Source: Fistulifera solaris (Eukaryota). Taken from it: DNA of 64,000 nucleotides. Position numbers and translations under genes: made by a program. The stretch spans positions 1,116,001-1,180,000 of the forward strand of contig AP026136.1 of NCBI GenBank assembly GCA_030295235.1, read 5' to 3'. Every line of letters begins with the position of its first letter. Within the stretch, counting starts at the first letter, position 1. The notes below the pieces were generated by a model that made no database searches, had not been told where the DNA came from, and worked only from the letters and a program-made list of their open reading frames with translations. This document shows positions 22,142 to 33,844 of this stretch, one piece after another.

Positions 22142-23143
22142 ATGAGCTGGTTGGTGGGAAGAGCAATCGGAGGCGTGGTGAATCCGGTCGTCAGCAATGT
22201 TGATTTCAATGACATTCTATTGCGCATCGACTTGAATGAGGTCATTGATCGCATTGATGTAGACAGAATTATGGAACGTGTTGATATAAATTTTTTGCTC
22301 GAAAGAATCAACTTTGATCGAGTCGTCGAACGTCTGCCGATTGAAGAAATTGTCGATCGATCCAACATTGGGGAGATTGTCGCTCGATCCTCTTCGGGTA
22401 TCTTTTCTCAACTTCTCGACGCTATACGAGCTCAAGCAGCCAAGTATGATTACATCTTTCAAGGAATGGGTCGATGTCGCTGCTACTGGAGAAAACGCTT
22501 TGTTGATTGGGAGCTTCCACCGAAGCCTGGAAAATACGATCGGGTTGCTGACGGAAAGATTCGATGTCCTCGAAATGCTGGAGGTCTAGCGTACGCCATG
22601 CAAGGACGGAATGCTGGAATCGTGTCGAGGACTTGCTCTTACTGGATCGATGAATTGTTCATCATTCTCTCATTTGCGGGCTGCATCGCCCTCGCTCGAC
22701 AAGCCTACGGCGTTGTCCAGAACGAAGCGCTCCACACTCCCGAATGGCTTTACGTGCTCATGTATATCTCTTACGGAGTTTCCTACGATTTTCTCTCTTA
22801 CTACTTGGTTGGAAGAACTCTTGGTATGGCTGTTATGGGTCTCAAACTAGTCAGTCAGAGAAACGGAAAATGGCTAGGCCCTATTCGTTGTTTTGTACGA
22901 GCGCTATTTGTGTCGATAAGACTACTGGCTTTACCTAGTCTGATCATCGGTTTGATTCGCAAGGACAGGAGGCATTTTCTGGACTTGGTGTGCGGATCAT
23001 GTGTCATATATTCCTGGGACGCCCGTCCCCCAAGAAAGTGTGACAGTCATGCGAAGAATTCCATCAGGGACAACGATCCGTACTTCAGACCGTTGGAAGA
23101 TGACGACGACGATCAAGAGCTTGAGTGCTTTCATGAGCCCTGA
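22142..23143 (+). CDS. RDD-family membrane protein with N-terminal 9-residue (I/V)D-x repeats
   Basis: AGIVSRTCSYWIDE, GRTLGMAVMGLKLV and RRHFLDLVCGSCVIY motifs; intronless. Confidence 0.85.
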   Translation: MSWLVGRAIGGVVNPVVSNVDFNDILLRIDLNEVIDRIDVDRIMERVDINFLLERINFDRVVERLPIEEIVDRSNIGEIVARSSSGIFSQLLDAIRAQAAKYDYIFQGMGRCRCYWRKRFVDWELPPKPGKYDRVADGKIRCPRNAGGLAYAMQGRNAGIVSRTCSYWIDELFIILSFAGCIALARQAYGVVQNEALHTPEWLYVLMYISYGVSYDFLSYYLVGRTLGMAVMGLKLVSQRNGKWLGPIRCFVRALFVSIRLLALPSLIIGLIRKDRRHFLDLVCGSCVIYSWDARPPRKCDSHAKNSIRDNDPYFRPLEDDDDDQELECFHEP

Positions 23144-23515
23144 CTTGACTCTGAAAGTTGATTGGCAAAAAAAAAATTTTGCTAAAGTTTACTCCCAGCG
23201 TTTCATCTTTCAGTCACGAATACTTTGTAGTGAGATCGTAAATGACGAGAACAGTCATTTTGGCACCATGACCAATGTACACTTTGTTCGATAGAGTTTG
23301 ACCTCTACCCCTATGCGTCGTATTCGCGGGCAAAGGGCAGGCACAGCGACTATGGCCCAAAAGGTAGAATGGGACTATCCGATTCGCTAATTTTTGTTCG
23401 AGACGTTGCGACGATGATTATTACATTATTTGTTTCTCTTGTCGCGATCAATGAAAAGGAATTAGTTTAATCAAGACCGCGATACTCTAAGACCCACAAA
23501 CAGCAGAATAATCAA

Positions 23516-24529
23516 ATGAAAGAAGACATGAGTGAGAATAGCTACAGTGAAAGCAGTGAAGAAAGTACGGCCGTGCTTAAGCTTGTTGACGATACACCAT
23601 CGGACGTTAAAGACGTTGAGACCACTCAAATGACTCATCCAGAGTCGGAAGAGGAGTCTAATCAAGGTTCGGAAGATGATTTAGAAGAGGAATCGGAGGG
23701 CGACGCTCAAGCGGCTCAAAAGAAGTACAGTGAGCCATCGGTCGAGTCGGACGACGAGTCCTCCGCCTCGGAGCAGCAGCCAGAGAAAGAAAGCGGAGAC
23801 GAACCGGCATCAGAGGCCGAATCCGAGAATGAGGCTGATGGCCACGAAGAACAAGTCACTTCTGACCTTTCTGCGACACCCGAAAATGAAGACAAGGAGG
23901 ATAAGAAGGAAGGTGTGGCGGTTACTGAAGACGATGTACCAGCTATTGTCTCCGAAAACGGCTTGGAACCAGAAGCCGAGGCAAAAGACGAAAAGCAAGT
24001 GGATAGTGCAACTGAGATTGACAAAGACGCAGAACCAAAATCCGAGGTAAAGAAAGAAAAGCCTGCAAATACCGCTGCCATTGAAGCGTCGTTTTCTCAG
24101 GGAAGCGCAGCGCCTTCCCAGAGTAACGCGAGTGCTGACAGATTCAGAGAGCCGGTACTGAAGGAAAAGATCAAAAATCCTGTTTTGCTAGAGAACGCGG
24201 GACAAAAGCACGGAGCGGGCATCGATAAGTTCCATGAACCTGTTCTCAAGACAAAGATCAAGAATCCTGTGTCGTTTAGCGGGCAGAAGCACTCGGCCGG
24301 AGCTGCCACTTTTGAAAGCAAGGTCGCCCTCGAGAAAGGTCTCCGAAACCCGACTTTCGGCTATCTCAAGTCCTCCTTTACAGGTATCTCTAAATTCACG
24401 GAACCTATTGCTGTTTCAAGCGGCAAAACTGACAGCCTGAAGCGTAGTGAGTGGGGAAAAGGCGGACCGAAGGGCAGCTTCAAATGGGTACAAGTCGGTG
24501 GCTCTTGGAAGAAGCAGTACGATGCATAG
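23516..24529 (+). CDS. Acidic low-complexity protein with internal repeats
   Basis: 337-aa ORF; Glu/Ser/Asp-rich N-half; repeated F(R/H)EPVLKxKIKNPV...GQKH. Confidence 0.8.
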   Translation: MKEDMSENSYSESSEESTAVLKLVDDTPSDVKDVETTQMTHPESEEESNQGSEDDLEEESEGDAQAAQKKYSEPSVESDDESSASEQQPEKESGDEPASEAESENEADGHEEQVTSDLSATPENEDKEDKKEGVAVTEDDVPAIVSENGLEPEAEAKDEKQVDSATEIDKDAEPKSEVKKEKPANTAAIEASFSQGSAAPSQSNASADRFREPVLKEKIKNPVLLENAGQKHGAGIDKFHEPVLKTKIKNPVSFSGQKHSAGAATFESKVALEKGLRNPTFGYLKSSFTGISKFTEPIAVSSGKTDSLKRSEWGKGGPKGSFKWVQVGGSWKKQYDA

Positions 24530-24769
24530 ACATTAAAGGAAGCTTCACATTGAAGCGTTTGCTATCACTTCTGCATACAGATGCATACAATACATACACA
24601 CATTTCAAACGACGCAACAGTTTGAATAGAATAATAATAAAGAAAAATCTCTCGCATAAGAATGTCTTGGCTTCTCGATGAATAGGCGCATGATTAAACT
24701 GTAAACGCATAGAGACGACAGCTGCATTGCGTAGTAAAGAAAAAATTGTTAAAGTTGGGAAAATAAAAT

Positions 24770-27035
24770 CTATCTACGAATCGGTTGGCCTTTGCACCAT
24801 TCACCGTCATGTCTGATCGAACCGTCAGGCCGGATCTCCTTACCACTACCGTGCATTTCTCCATTCCACCATTCTCCCTCGTACCAACCGCCATCACTCC
24901 AACTCATCTTGCCGAGACCACAAAATTCGCCTTCACGGAACTCGCCTTCGTAAATAGAATCATCGGTGAATACGCATTTACCCCTTCCATGGCGCATTCC
25001 ATCGACCCAACTTCCGGAGTACGTAGAACCGTCTTGATAGGTCATTTTGCCTGCAATCATTTGGCCATTGATGTACTCTCCCTCAAACGTTCGACCGTCT
25101 GCAAACTTCATTATTCCGTGTCCATCTGTAAAAACGTTTGAGTCATACTGAAGGCGCAAATAATCATTTGCTGGCCACGATGGACTTACGTTTGTGGTCA
25201 TTCTTGAGCCCGCCTTCGTAGTAATCGCCATCACCGTTCGATAACCGGCCGTGTCCTGTCCACCGTCCATGCTTCCAATCACCCTCATACCATCTTCCTG
25301 CTCGGTCATATTCGAGACGGCCATAGCCATGGGGCATTCCTGTGCTGTTACTGATCGACCCTGTATAAGTTCCTTTTTCACCGTAAGGGTCAGTCACATC
25401 CATTGCTGCTACTTCATAGGTTCCACCTCCTGTTCCTGTCGACCTCGCCGATCGTGAGGATCGCTGTGAACTTTCTCCAATGCTCCCTCGACGCGACGGC
25501 TTCTTCGTGTTCATGTGGTCTTGCGGACCCACGTCCTGTCTCGACGAATTCCGCTTACTGCTGTGGTAACTTTGCTCGTCGTCGTGGCTCCTCCGGGAAG
25601 CCGTACCTCGCGAATGAATGGACATGGATCTGGATTGGCGACTGTGTGCTGCGCTTGCAAAACTGCGGTTGTCAAAAGCCTCTTCTTCAAGCGAGTCGTG
25701 ACTTTCGCTGTCATCTTCGTCTTCGTCTAGCTCCAGCTCACGGGGAAGCGTCTTGACTGACTTGCTGGCACTGACAATAGAAGCTGCTCCCATTGTAGCT
25801 TGCGTACCAGTGCTGTTGCGACGAGATGCCTTGTACGTAACTTGAAAAGTATTTGTCGTTTGTTCATCTTCATCTTCATACTCGTAATGATGCCGCAACT
25901 CTTGGCTTCCGTAACCTTCCGATGTTAAGTCTTCACCTTCTTCGCGCCACGTTTCGTGTTCGTCATTTACTGTGCGTCGGTCCGAGTCGTCATCAACGTG
26001 ATCATCATCATCATCATCGTCGCCAAGATTGATTTCACGTGGAACTCCAGACCGCCCTGAGCGTCCGCTACCTTGTTGTTGTCGATTGCTTGTGGAACGA
26101 CTTCGATAAGATCGCCCGGATCTCACACTTTGGTGATCACCCGCGACTGTTGTTCCCCCACCGCCCCCAAAGTGCTCCTCTTGCAGTTTACGAACCATAT
26201 CATGAAGAAATGTGAGTTGCGATTTCATCATTTCTAATTCATCTTTGAGTTTCTTATTTTCTTCTTCTTTCGTCTTGAGCTGTTGTCGTTGATGATATGA
26301 GCCACTACGAGTTGTTGAGACGGTCAAACTGTCTTTCTTGTCCCCGATAACTTGCTTGGGAGCATGTTGCGGAGAGTGTGTCACTGGGGCGTGGTGCCTG
26401 TTTTTGGGAGCAGGCGGCGGAGGCGGGGCCGGAGCGTCTTCTTCGACAGGTTCACCTCGTAACCTTTGATACTCTGCTTTCACAACCTCCTTTGGAACAT
26501 TCGGAGTTTGCAAGTAGAGAGGTTCTGCGTTTGGATCGGCATTTGGAAGCTGAAATGTCTCATTCGGATCAACAGAATATAAATACTTCTTTGCACCGTG
26601 CACAGAAAACGGCTTTAAAAACGAGAACCCCTTTTGATCCTGAAGGAATTTTTGAATATGTTTCTCCGTGTAATGATGACGCGCAATATAATATCGGATC
26701 ACGTATTGTCCCTCCTTTCTTCCCGGCTTCCAATCATCCGCCTTGTCTGGTGCCACTCGTAAGACTCTATCAATCGAGTCTTTGAGCGCCTGCGACGCAG
26801 GATGATCCTTTACAAACTTCAGTTTAATAACGCCGTCAAACACTGGATGATTCGAATCTCTGAATTGTTTTTGAAAAGTTCTACAATGTCTCCATGAACA
26901 AATACATTTCGGAACAGCATTAGTGCCGTGCTGTGAAGAACCGTTCATCATGGTTTCACGGTCATCAACGCTCGTTGAAGCTTTCGGAGGAATGATTGCG
27001 AGATTGAACTGCACTGAAGCAGGAGATTTATTCAA
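24770..27035 (-). CDS. MORN-repeat protein with long disordered N-terminal region; 2 exons
   Basis: Seven or more YEGxW/FxxGxxHGxG repeats. Intron 25126-25189 restores HKHGHG. Start uncertain (first ATG ~26951). Confidence 0.9.
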
Positions 27036-27763
27036 TCGAGCACTAATTAGCTACAATAGACAAGTTGTTGAGTCTCCAACGATTGCGGCAATTCGCTGCA
27101 CCTCGATCAACCCCCGCAACTGCTTTTGCTTTCACCGTCCGGCGTCACGCAACCCCGCTCTGCAAACGGGAGTTTGGGACGAGCGAAAACAGCGGGCATT
27201 CGTAATTCGTACGAGACAACAAAGAAACCACAACTCTTTCTACTCTCTACTATAATGTCGACTTGGCTCGCTATAACTTTGTCCGACGGCATTCGAAAGA
27301 GTACACAGTACACAGCGATACCATCGTGCACAGTTTAGTTGAGAGAGCAATCCATGATCATTATTTATTCGTCGAAAATACTCCGTGTTCAATAAGAAAG
27401 CAGTACATTCGTCATTATAGTAAAACGCGATGACGATGACCGATAACTTGTGACCTTTTCCAGTTAAGCCCGATCATTTGGGTCATTCGTCATCTTCATT
27501 GTTTGGCGCATTAAAGGTAGGGATAGAGCTTTCTGCTTAACGTCTGTCCTTATGCCGATCACTTGATGGCGACGTACGTATGCCGATTTCCGTGTCACAG
27601 CAGGATTTGTGATTGGCAACCACGCAAACGCAAAACGGCAGATTGACGGCTGGGAGCGTTTACGTTCTTCGTCGTCAACTCAGCACGGCCCATCAACTCG
27701 AAAGCAAGGTGCCTTAACAGGACTTTTCCTTTCATCCTGGCCTTGTTATTGAAAAGTTTTATC

Positions 27764-28528
27764 ATGAAGTCGTTCATATCTGTCTTTGCTGCATTGCTTA
27801 GCTTTTCGGCTAGCTTGCACGTATCTGGTGAGTGATCGCGAGACTTCTTTGTCATAACTGAAAATAATCAACAAGTCGCCTCACTTGTGCTTCTTCTTGC
27901 AGACGCTTACGCGTTTGTTCATCGCTCCAATGGCCTTTCTAGCGTCCCTAAATCCTCTTCCTGCCTGAAAATGAAAATTTTCGACTGGAAGCGTAGAACA
28001 GCGGACGAATCGCTTTTGAACGATGTTGAAAAGACTGAGTTCACTCTCGACAATCTCAAGCCTGCCCCGGGCAGTCGCCACCGTAAAAGCCGCAAGGGTC
28101 GCGGTATCGCAGCTGGTCAAGGAGCATCTTGCGGTTTCGGTATGCGTGGTCAAAAGTCTCGTGCCGGTTCACCTACTCGTCCGGGTTTCGAGGGAGGACA
28201 GATTCCTCTCTACCGTCGACTCCCCAAATTCGTAGGCAAGCCAACTGGACCGGGACATGAGAAAACGATCTACAATGTTATTTCCACGGATGCTTTGGAG
28301 AAAGCCGCGGCCGGATCGACCGTTACCTTCGACTCTTTGTATGAGAGCAAGATTGTCACCAAGTCGAAATTCGATTTGCACAAGGTTGTGATGGGCAAGG
28401 GTACCCCTGCGTCGAACTTGACTGTTCAGGCTCATGCTTTCACCAAGTCCGCACGCCAAGCCATTGAGGCAGCTGGAGGAAAGTGCGAATTGTTGAGCCC
28501 CACAACGAACGCAGTCATTTCAGAATAA
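27764..28528 (+). CDS. rpl15: Plastid ribosomal protein uL15c, nuclear-encoded; 2 exons
   Basis: [24 protein letters not shown] and [15 protein letters not shown]. Exon 1 is a signal peptide ([14 protein letters not shown]); intron 27828-27902; AYA-F cleavage motif. Confidence 0.96.
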
Positions 28529-28794
28529 ATTAATTTATGTCTGCGATTTCCTCGTTATTTCTAGATGTTGGAGCGTGGTCGCTGAGTACAGCGACTATTC
28601 TATCTATTAGGATTTTTCTCGTTACATAAGCTTTCCCTGCTCTTTCGTAGCTAGAGTCTTTGTTTAGAAATAGAAAGCAAGATGGTCGGCGAATATGAAA
28701 CAAAATAATTGATGTAAAACTACGCTAGCATTAATATTTCACCACAAAATCATTGCAAGCCGTCAGGATTCATGGTAAAGGATCAGTATCGCTT

Positions 28795-29460
28795 TCATGC
28801 AGCGCGTGCTGACATGATTGTCTTATTTGAGATATTCATAGCATTGAATATTAGCTCATTCATCACCCCGCTGAGAATACATTCACAGTTCTCCCCGCAG
28901 GTATTGATAATTGGGACCATTTGGCGCAATTTAACGTAAGCACAGAAGAGGTCACCTAGCTCATAGTGGCAACTGGCCAGATTGTTCATTAACATGATCT
29001 GAACAGCGCACGTAGTCGTGTCCGAAAATTCTCGTAACAACACGGTGCAATTCTTATAAAGAAACAGAGCTTTGCGTATCTCTTTCGTTTGCCCCAAAAG
29101 ACCTTCGCTGTGATGGCATAATGCGATGTTGTAGAGTATGACTACACTGCTCAATGTAATTATGCGTTCACACAATGTATCAGTGTCGGATATATCGATG
29201 AGAAGCGGCAGAGGACAAATGAAGCAGTCGCTTTGCACATAGCTCGGAAGGGTGTTGGTCTCTTTGCTCTTATTGCACAGACGAATCACGTTAAGATTCG
29301 ATTGCGATGAATACTTTGCTCCAGATTGACTAGAGTTCAGTGTGTCTCTGATGAGACTGAGAGCCTGAACGAAGAAGGAGCGTGCCTCCTTGGGCTTGCC
29401 AGAGACGAGCTGGAACGCTCCGGCGCTATTGAGACACGATGCTTCCATGATACCGTTCAT
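28795..29460 (-). CDS. Hypothetical TPR-like helical protein of a type common in diatoms
   Basis: LNSAG...FVQAL, VILYNIALCHH, KALFLY, NNLASCHY and terminal ARAA. Confidence 0.7.
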   Translation of the reverse strand: MNGIMEASCLNSAGAFQLVSGKPKEARSFFVQALSLIRDTLNSSQSGAKYSSQSNLNVIRLCNKSKETNTLPSYVQSDCFICPLPLLIDISDTDTLCERIITLSSVVILYNIALCHHSEGLLGQTKEIRKALFLYKNCTVLLREFSDTTTCAVQIMLMNNLASCHYELGDLFCAYVKLRQMVPIINTCGENCECILSGVMNELIFNAMNISNKTIMSARAA

Positions 29461-30266
29461 CGGAGGATGATAATTAGCGTAGACGCCTGCAAAAGGATGT
29501 TGTTTGTTGAAAGCTGCAGGCTCTCGCGCGTACGGTAGTAAGATGATTGAGAAAATGATTGATCGCTGAGCGTCGCTGATCAGAGCGGATCTTGATGGAT
29601 TTCAGATTTATGTTCGATGCAAAGGTTCGGGAAGCAAATTGAGAGGGTGCGTGTGAAATGCGAACCAAATTCTGAGTAGCCCGTGATCTGGGGTGCTTGA
29701 ATCACCAACAGCATTCTTAGAATTTTGTACTCAACTTCAGAAAGCAAAAAGAAGAGACAATTTACACTTATCGTCCCTGTGCATCATCGTCATCCGCAGC
29801 CATACATGTTACTCAGAAACAACAACGCTCAGCAGCATTCTACGCGTGATGCGTCATTCGTCAGTAATTACTACTGGAGCAATGAAGTACGTCATGCAAC
29901 ATGTGTTTTAGCTTATGATTTATTTTTGATCTAATTTCTACACTAATGTCTAATGTCACCTAAGCCTGAAACCTGGTTAAGCTAAGTCATTTGCCATTTG
30001 GCAGTTTGCAGTTTGGCAGTAACGAGTAACGAGGATGCGAAGTGCGAAGGTAGTGCGTTAGAGTCTTGGAGTCTCTAAAAAGGGTCTCTAAGGTCTAGGG
30101 TGGACAAATCACGAAACCGTACAAAAGCGAAGAACTTCAAGTAAATAGGGCCGTTGCGTCGTTGCAAGTCTTGGAGACACTAAAACAGTCTTTGCTGAGC
30201 AGATAGGAAGAAGAACAACGGTAGCAATAGAATGTGCTGTAGTGGCCAACTTTAGACTCTAGATCC

Positions 30267-32740
30267 TTATTCTCCGACTCTTTGATTGCTCCTCGTTTCG
30301 CCGTTTGAAGGACGCGATGTGCAAGCAGATTCTGGATCCCTCTTCCGGCTCCTTTTTGCAGTCTTATTTTCAAATGCTCTTGATCCATCAAGAGAATTTG
30401 TCGCTGGCATCAGCGGATCGCTTTCACTAAAAGGACTCCGGTCCTCAGACGACGCGCTTGTACTATCGCTGTAACGGCCTGTCACGTCGGTTTGCTTCAT
30501 TACAAAGTCATCGTCGTCGTCGATCTCCGCCGCCTCGTCTTGACTGAGATCGCCGAAAATCGATCTATTCAACAAAATGTAGTCGACAGGAGCCCGGCCT
30601 CGCTTTCCAACTATTATATTTGACTCGTCTAATTTTCCGATGTCTTCAACTTTGTGCCCAACCGTATTATCGTAGAGGCGCTTGCTCCGAAGTCGCATGC
30701 CATTTGCATTGCGCTCGGTGATATCTTTTTCAAAAAACTGATTTTCGTCGGCGCCGTCGGCCTCACCGTCGGAAAGGGCAGCCAGTTCATCTCGATGGAT
30801 CTCAAGTTCCACACTTGAAATCTCCTCTAGTGTAGCGGCACTACTAACCGTAATGTTTTCGTTCGAAGAATCATTATCTACCCGTTTCGCATTTTGTCGC
30901 TCCACTTTCTTTCGCCGTTCATAAGAATTTAGGTCAAACTTTTCATCGTCATCACTGCCGTCTTCATCTCCGCCCGACACTTCGCCGTTCGTGTCTTCCT
31001 CAAGGCCGAGAATACGGTTTACAAGTGCGATACTTGCTGCATTCTTTTTTCCTTTGCGAAGCATGATCGCTGCGGGGTAGTCAACTTCAGCATTCGGGAA
31101 AACGTCGTTTACATCCGCCCAAGACCGTAATGAAGTGGAATCGTCAATAACGTCAGACGTCTTCTTCTTGCTTTTCCCGGCATTCCTGCCTTCGGCCATA
31201 AGTTGACGCTGTATGCGCCTTTGTTCCCACTCGTCGCCCATATACTCGGACTGAACATGATGCAGCAGTTCTGCTTGTCCTGCACAAAGAGGACAAAACC
31301 AATCATCTTCTTCATGTTCAGTTAAACGGATAACCGGTTTCACGCAATGCTGGTGATATGCTCTAAAGCAGCCGTTTCCATCGCAGAGGACCAAATCGTT
31401 CTCGTCAGTAGCATAACCTTCCAAGCAAATACAACATACTAGCTCATCCAGCGTTATGCCACTATCGTCGTCAGTCTGCTTGTTATTGATTTTCCGTGTT
31501 TCTTTCGCTAATTGCACATTATCGTTTACGTCTCCTTTCGATAGCAATGCCTTCTCACTAATGTCGGCTTCATCGAGAATCGACCTTGGAGCTTCCTCTC
31601 CATGAAAGCGGTATTCGGGAGTCTTCGGCTCCATTCTCCGAGGGTTCATTCTTCCAAATGGAAACAAGACTCGTTTAACAAACTCAGTATGAAATTGTTC
31701 GTGTTTCTGTGTCCATTCCAGCAGAGTTCGCCACATCTTCTCGCCCGGCCATGTCGACCGGCAAGTTTCAATGGCCAACAACCAACCTCGAATTCGATAT
31801 TCCGCTCCGAACATTTTAATTAGAGTATCATGCAGTTCTTGTGAATTTTGAAAGAAATGAAAGTTGTGAGACGTACTGGTCCACGTTTGCAAACCAGCCT
31901 GAGCCAATCGATGGGTGGCGAGTTGCCCCGATATGGCGTTGCGCAGTTGTGAAAATGCGCCATGCCAAGTCGCCGCTTTGAGTAAACGGCTGGCCGCTTC
32001 CCATCGACGTTCCCAATCCACGACTTCCGGTATAGGTGGACTCACAAACAACAAGTCTCGATTCGAAGCAGGTTTTGAATTGTTGTTTTTGCTCGCAGTG
32101 GACGGTAGAGCAACGTCGGCCGCGTCTAGCTCCATGAAAAAGTCTGGCAACGGGTCCGCAATTCGCTTTTGGTTCCCAGTCACATCTAGGGACTTTTTTG
32201 AATTCTTTTTGGATTGAATATGCTTTTGCGAGATGCAGTAGAGGCAATGCCATGCACCTCGTGGGACCGAAAAGATGGGGACGAAATGGCATTTTTGATG
32301 AAACATCCGTTCGCAAGAATCGCAATACACCAGTGCATTGTTTGGGTCCCATAGACTTTCTGGTAAATAGGGATCGTTTTTGTTAAAGAAATAGGAAGAT
32401 TCCGATGATGCGTCTTCTTCTTTCTCCTCTTTGTAATCTTCCTCTCGATCGCTTTGGAAAAAAGCCGCGCGGTCGCTAAAGTCCAACGCGCAATGACATA
32501 GACTGCAAGCCCCAATATCTATCGATCCTTCTTCCGTTGCATCATCTTTAACTAACTGATTGTTGTGTCTCGTCGCTTTTTTCGAAACGGAAAGAACGGT
32601 AGCGTAAGAGAGAATTTTGCAAATGTCAGATTCCGAAACAAAGCTATATAAATATGCACAAGACAATCGAGGAGAGCATTACCTTCAGAAGATCCGACAG
32701 AGGCGCTTTTCTCCGGTGCAGCAGCTACCTTCTTGGCCAT
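30267..32740 (-). CDS. Double PHD-finger chromatin protein
   Basis: Two C4HC3 fingers (LVYCDSCERMFHQKC...WHCLYC; LVLCDGNGCFRAYHQHC...WFCPLC). Short first exon MAKKV... with donor at 32682; acceptor uncertain. Confidence 0.88.
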
Positions 32741-33169
32741 GTTGACAAAAAAGCTACTGCTTCCTTCTGGTGAAGAGTGAAAATTAGTATGCAGCCAATC
32801 GGAACGACGACACAAAGTAATGCTTCCGAGAAGTACCACAAAGCAACCTCAGTTTCTCCTTTTCTACACTTCGATTCTTTCCTAACGGAAAAAGGGATGA
32901 TCAAGTTATGAAATTATGTATTGACCAAGAAAGGAAGACGGAAATAACTTCAACAATCCCTTTTGGGAGCGACGCAACGTGTTTTGTGACTTCATCGCCC
33001 ATTCTGTTTTCGTCGTCCGATGAAGGTGAGGAGAGAAGTTTTACCTGATTTCAAGTACAAGTACCCTTATACAAGTACCCTTGTATACGATAAAAGAGAA
33101 CGCTTGCCCAAAGTTCGTGGCGCGAAGACGATGCGCGATGTGACATCCGGGATAATTGTGAAAAATACA

Positions 33170-33600
33170 GTGGGCGACCTTTCTTGACTGCATTTCAGTC
33201 ATGAATCAAAATTCTCTCAAGCCCGACTGCGATTGAACCTGCGTTCTTTCTGCTAGCTTAATGAGATATATTTTGTCTTTGTTACAAAGGTATTATCTTT
33301 TTCAGCATGTGCAATGCGCGCCACGATTCGTCACGTCGAAAATTGTTTTGCCTGTTCACTATACACCAATGTGTTCCACGACTGCATTTCAGTCACGAAC
33401 ATGACATCTAACGACAATGCGAAGTCTTATTAACGTTCATTCTGCTAACTTGGTAAGCTGCATTTTTCTCTGGTAAAATGCAATATCGTCAGCGGTATTG
33501 GCATAGCACGCTTCGATTCTTTATAGCCTTGCGAAATGTTGTCTTCCTTACAAAGTATGTATATTGGACGTTATGGACCCGACGACTTTTCATCACGAAA
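33170..33600 (-). repeat. Two to three tandem ~200-bp units of the same dispersed repeat family, inverted
   Basis: Reverse complement of 33172-33210 is TTTGATTCATGACTGAAATGCAGTCAAGAAAGGTCGCCC, nearly identical to 15527-15566. Second core ~33376-33400; degenerate third ~33581-33600. Confidence 0.85.
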
Positions 33601-33844
33601 CACCAACCATTCTTGTCTATAACGGTACCAGGTGAGGAATAAATTAAAAAATGTCCTATCCACGTTGTAGGGATTTATTCTCGTGACCTAAACCACTAGA
33701 AACTGTGTAAGGAATACATGTTCGAAACCTACCCAGTCTTTCTTTACCGATTGGCTGCTGAACTCATTAGTTGTCATCTGCGACAGATGTGCGATACGTA
33801 TTTCGACTCACATTCAATTATGATACTTGAGCATTAAAGTTCAG

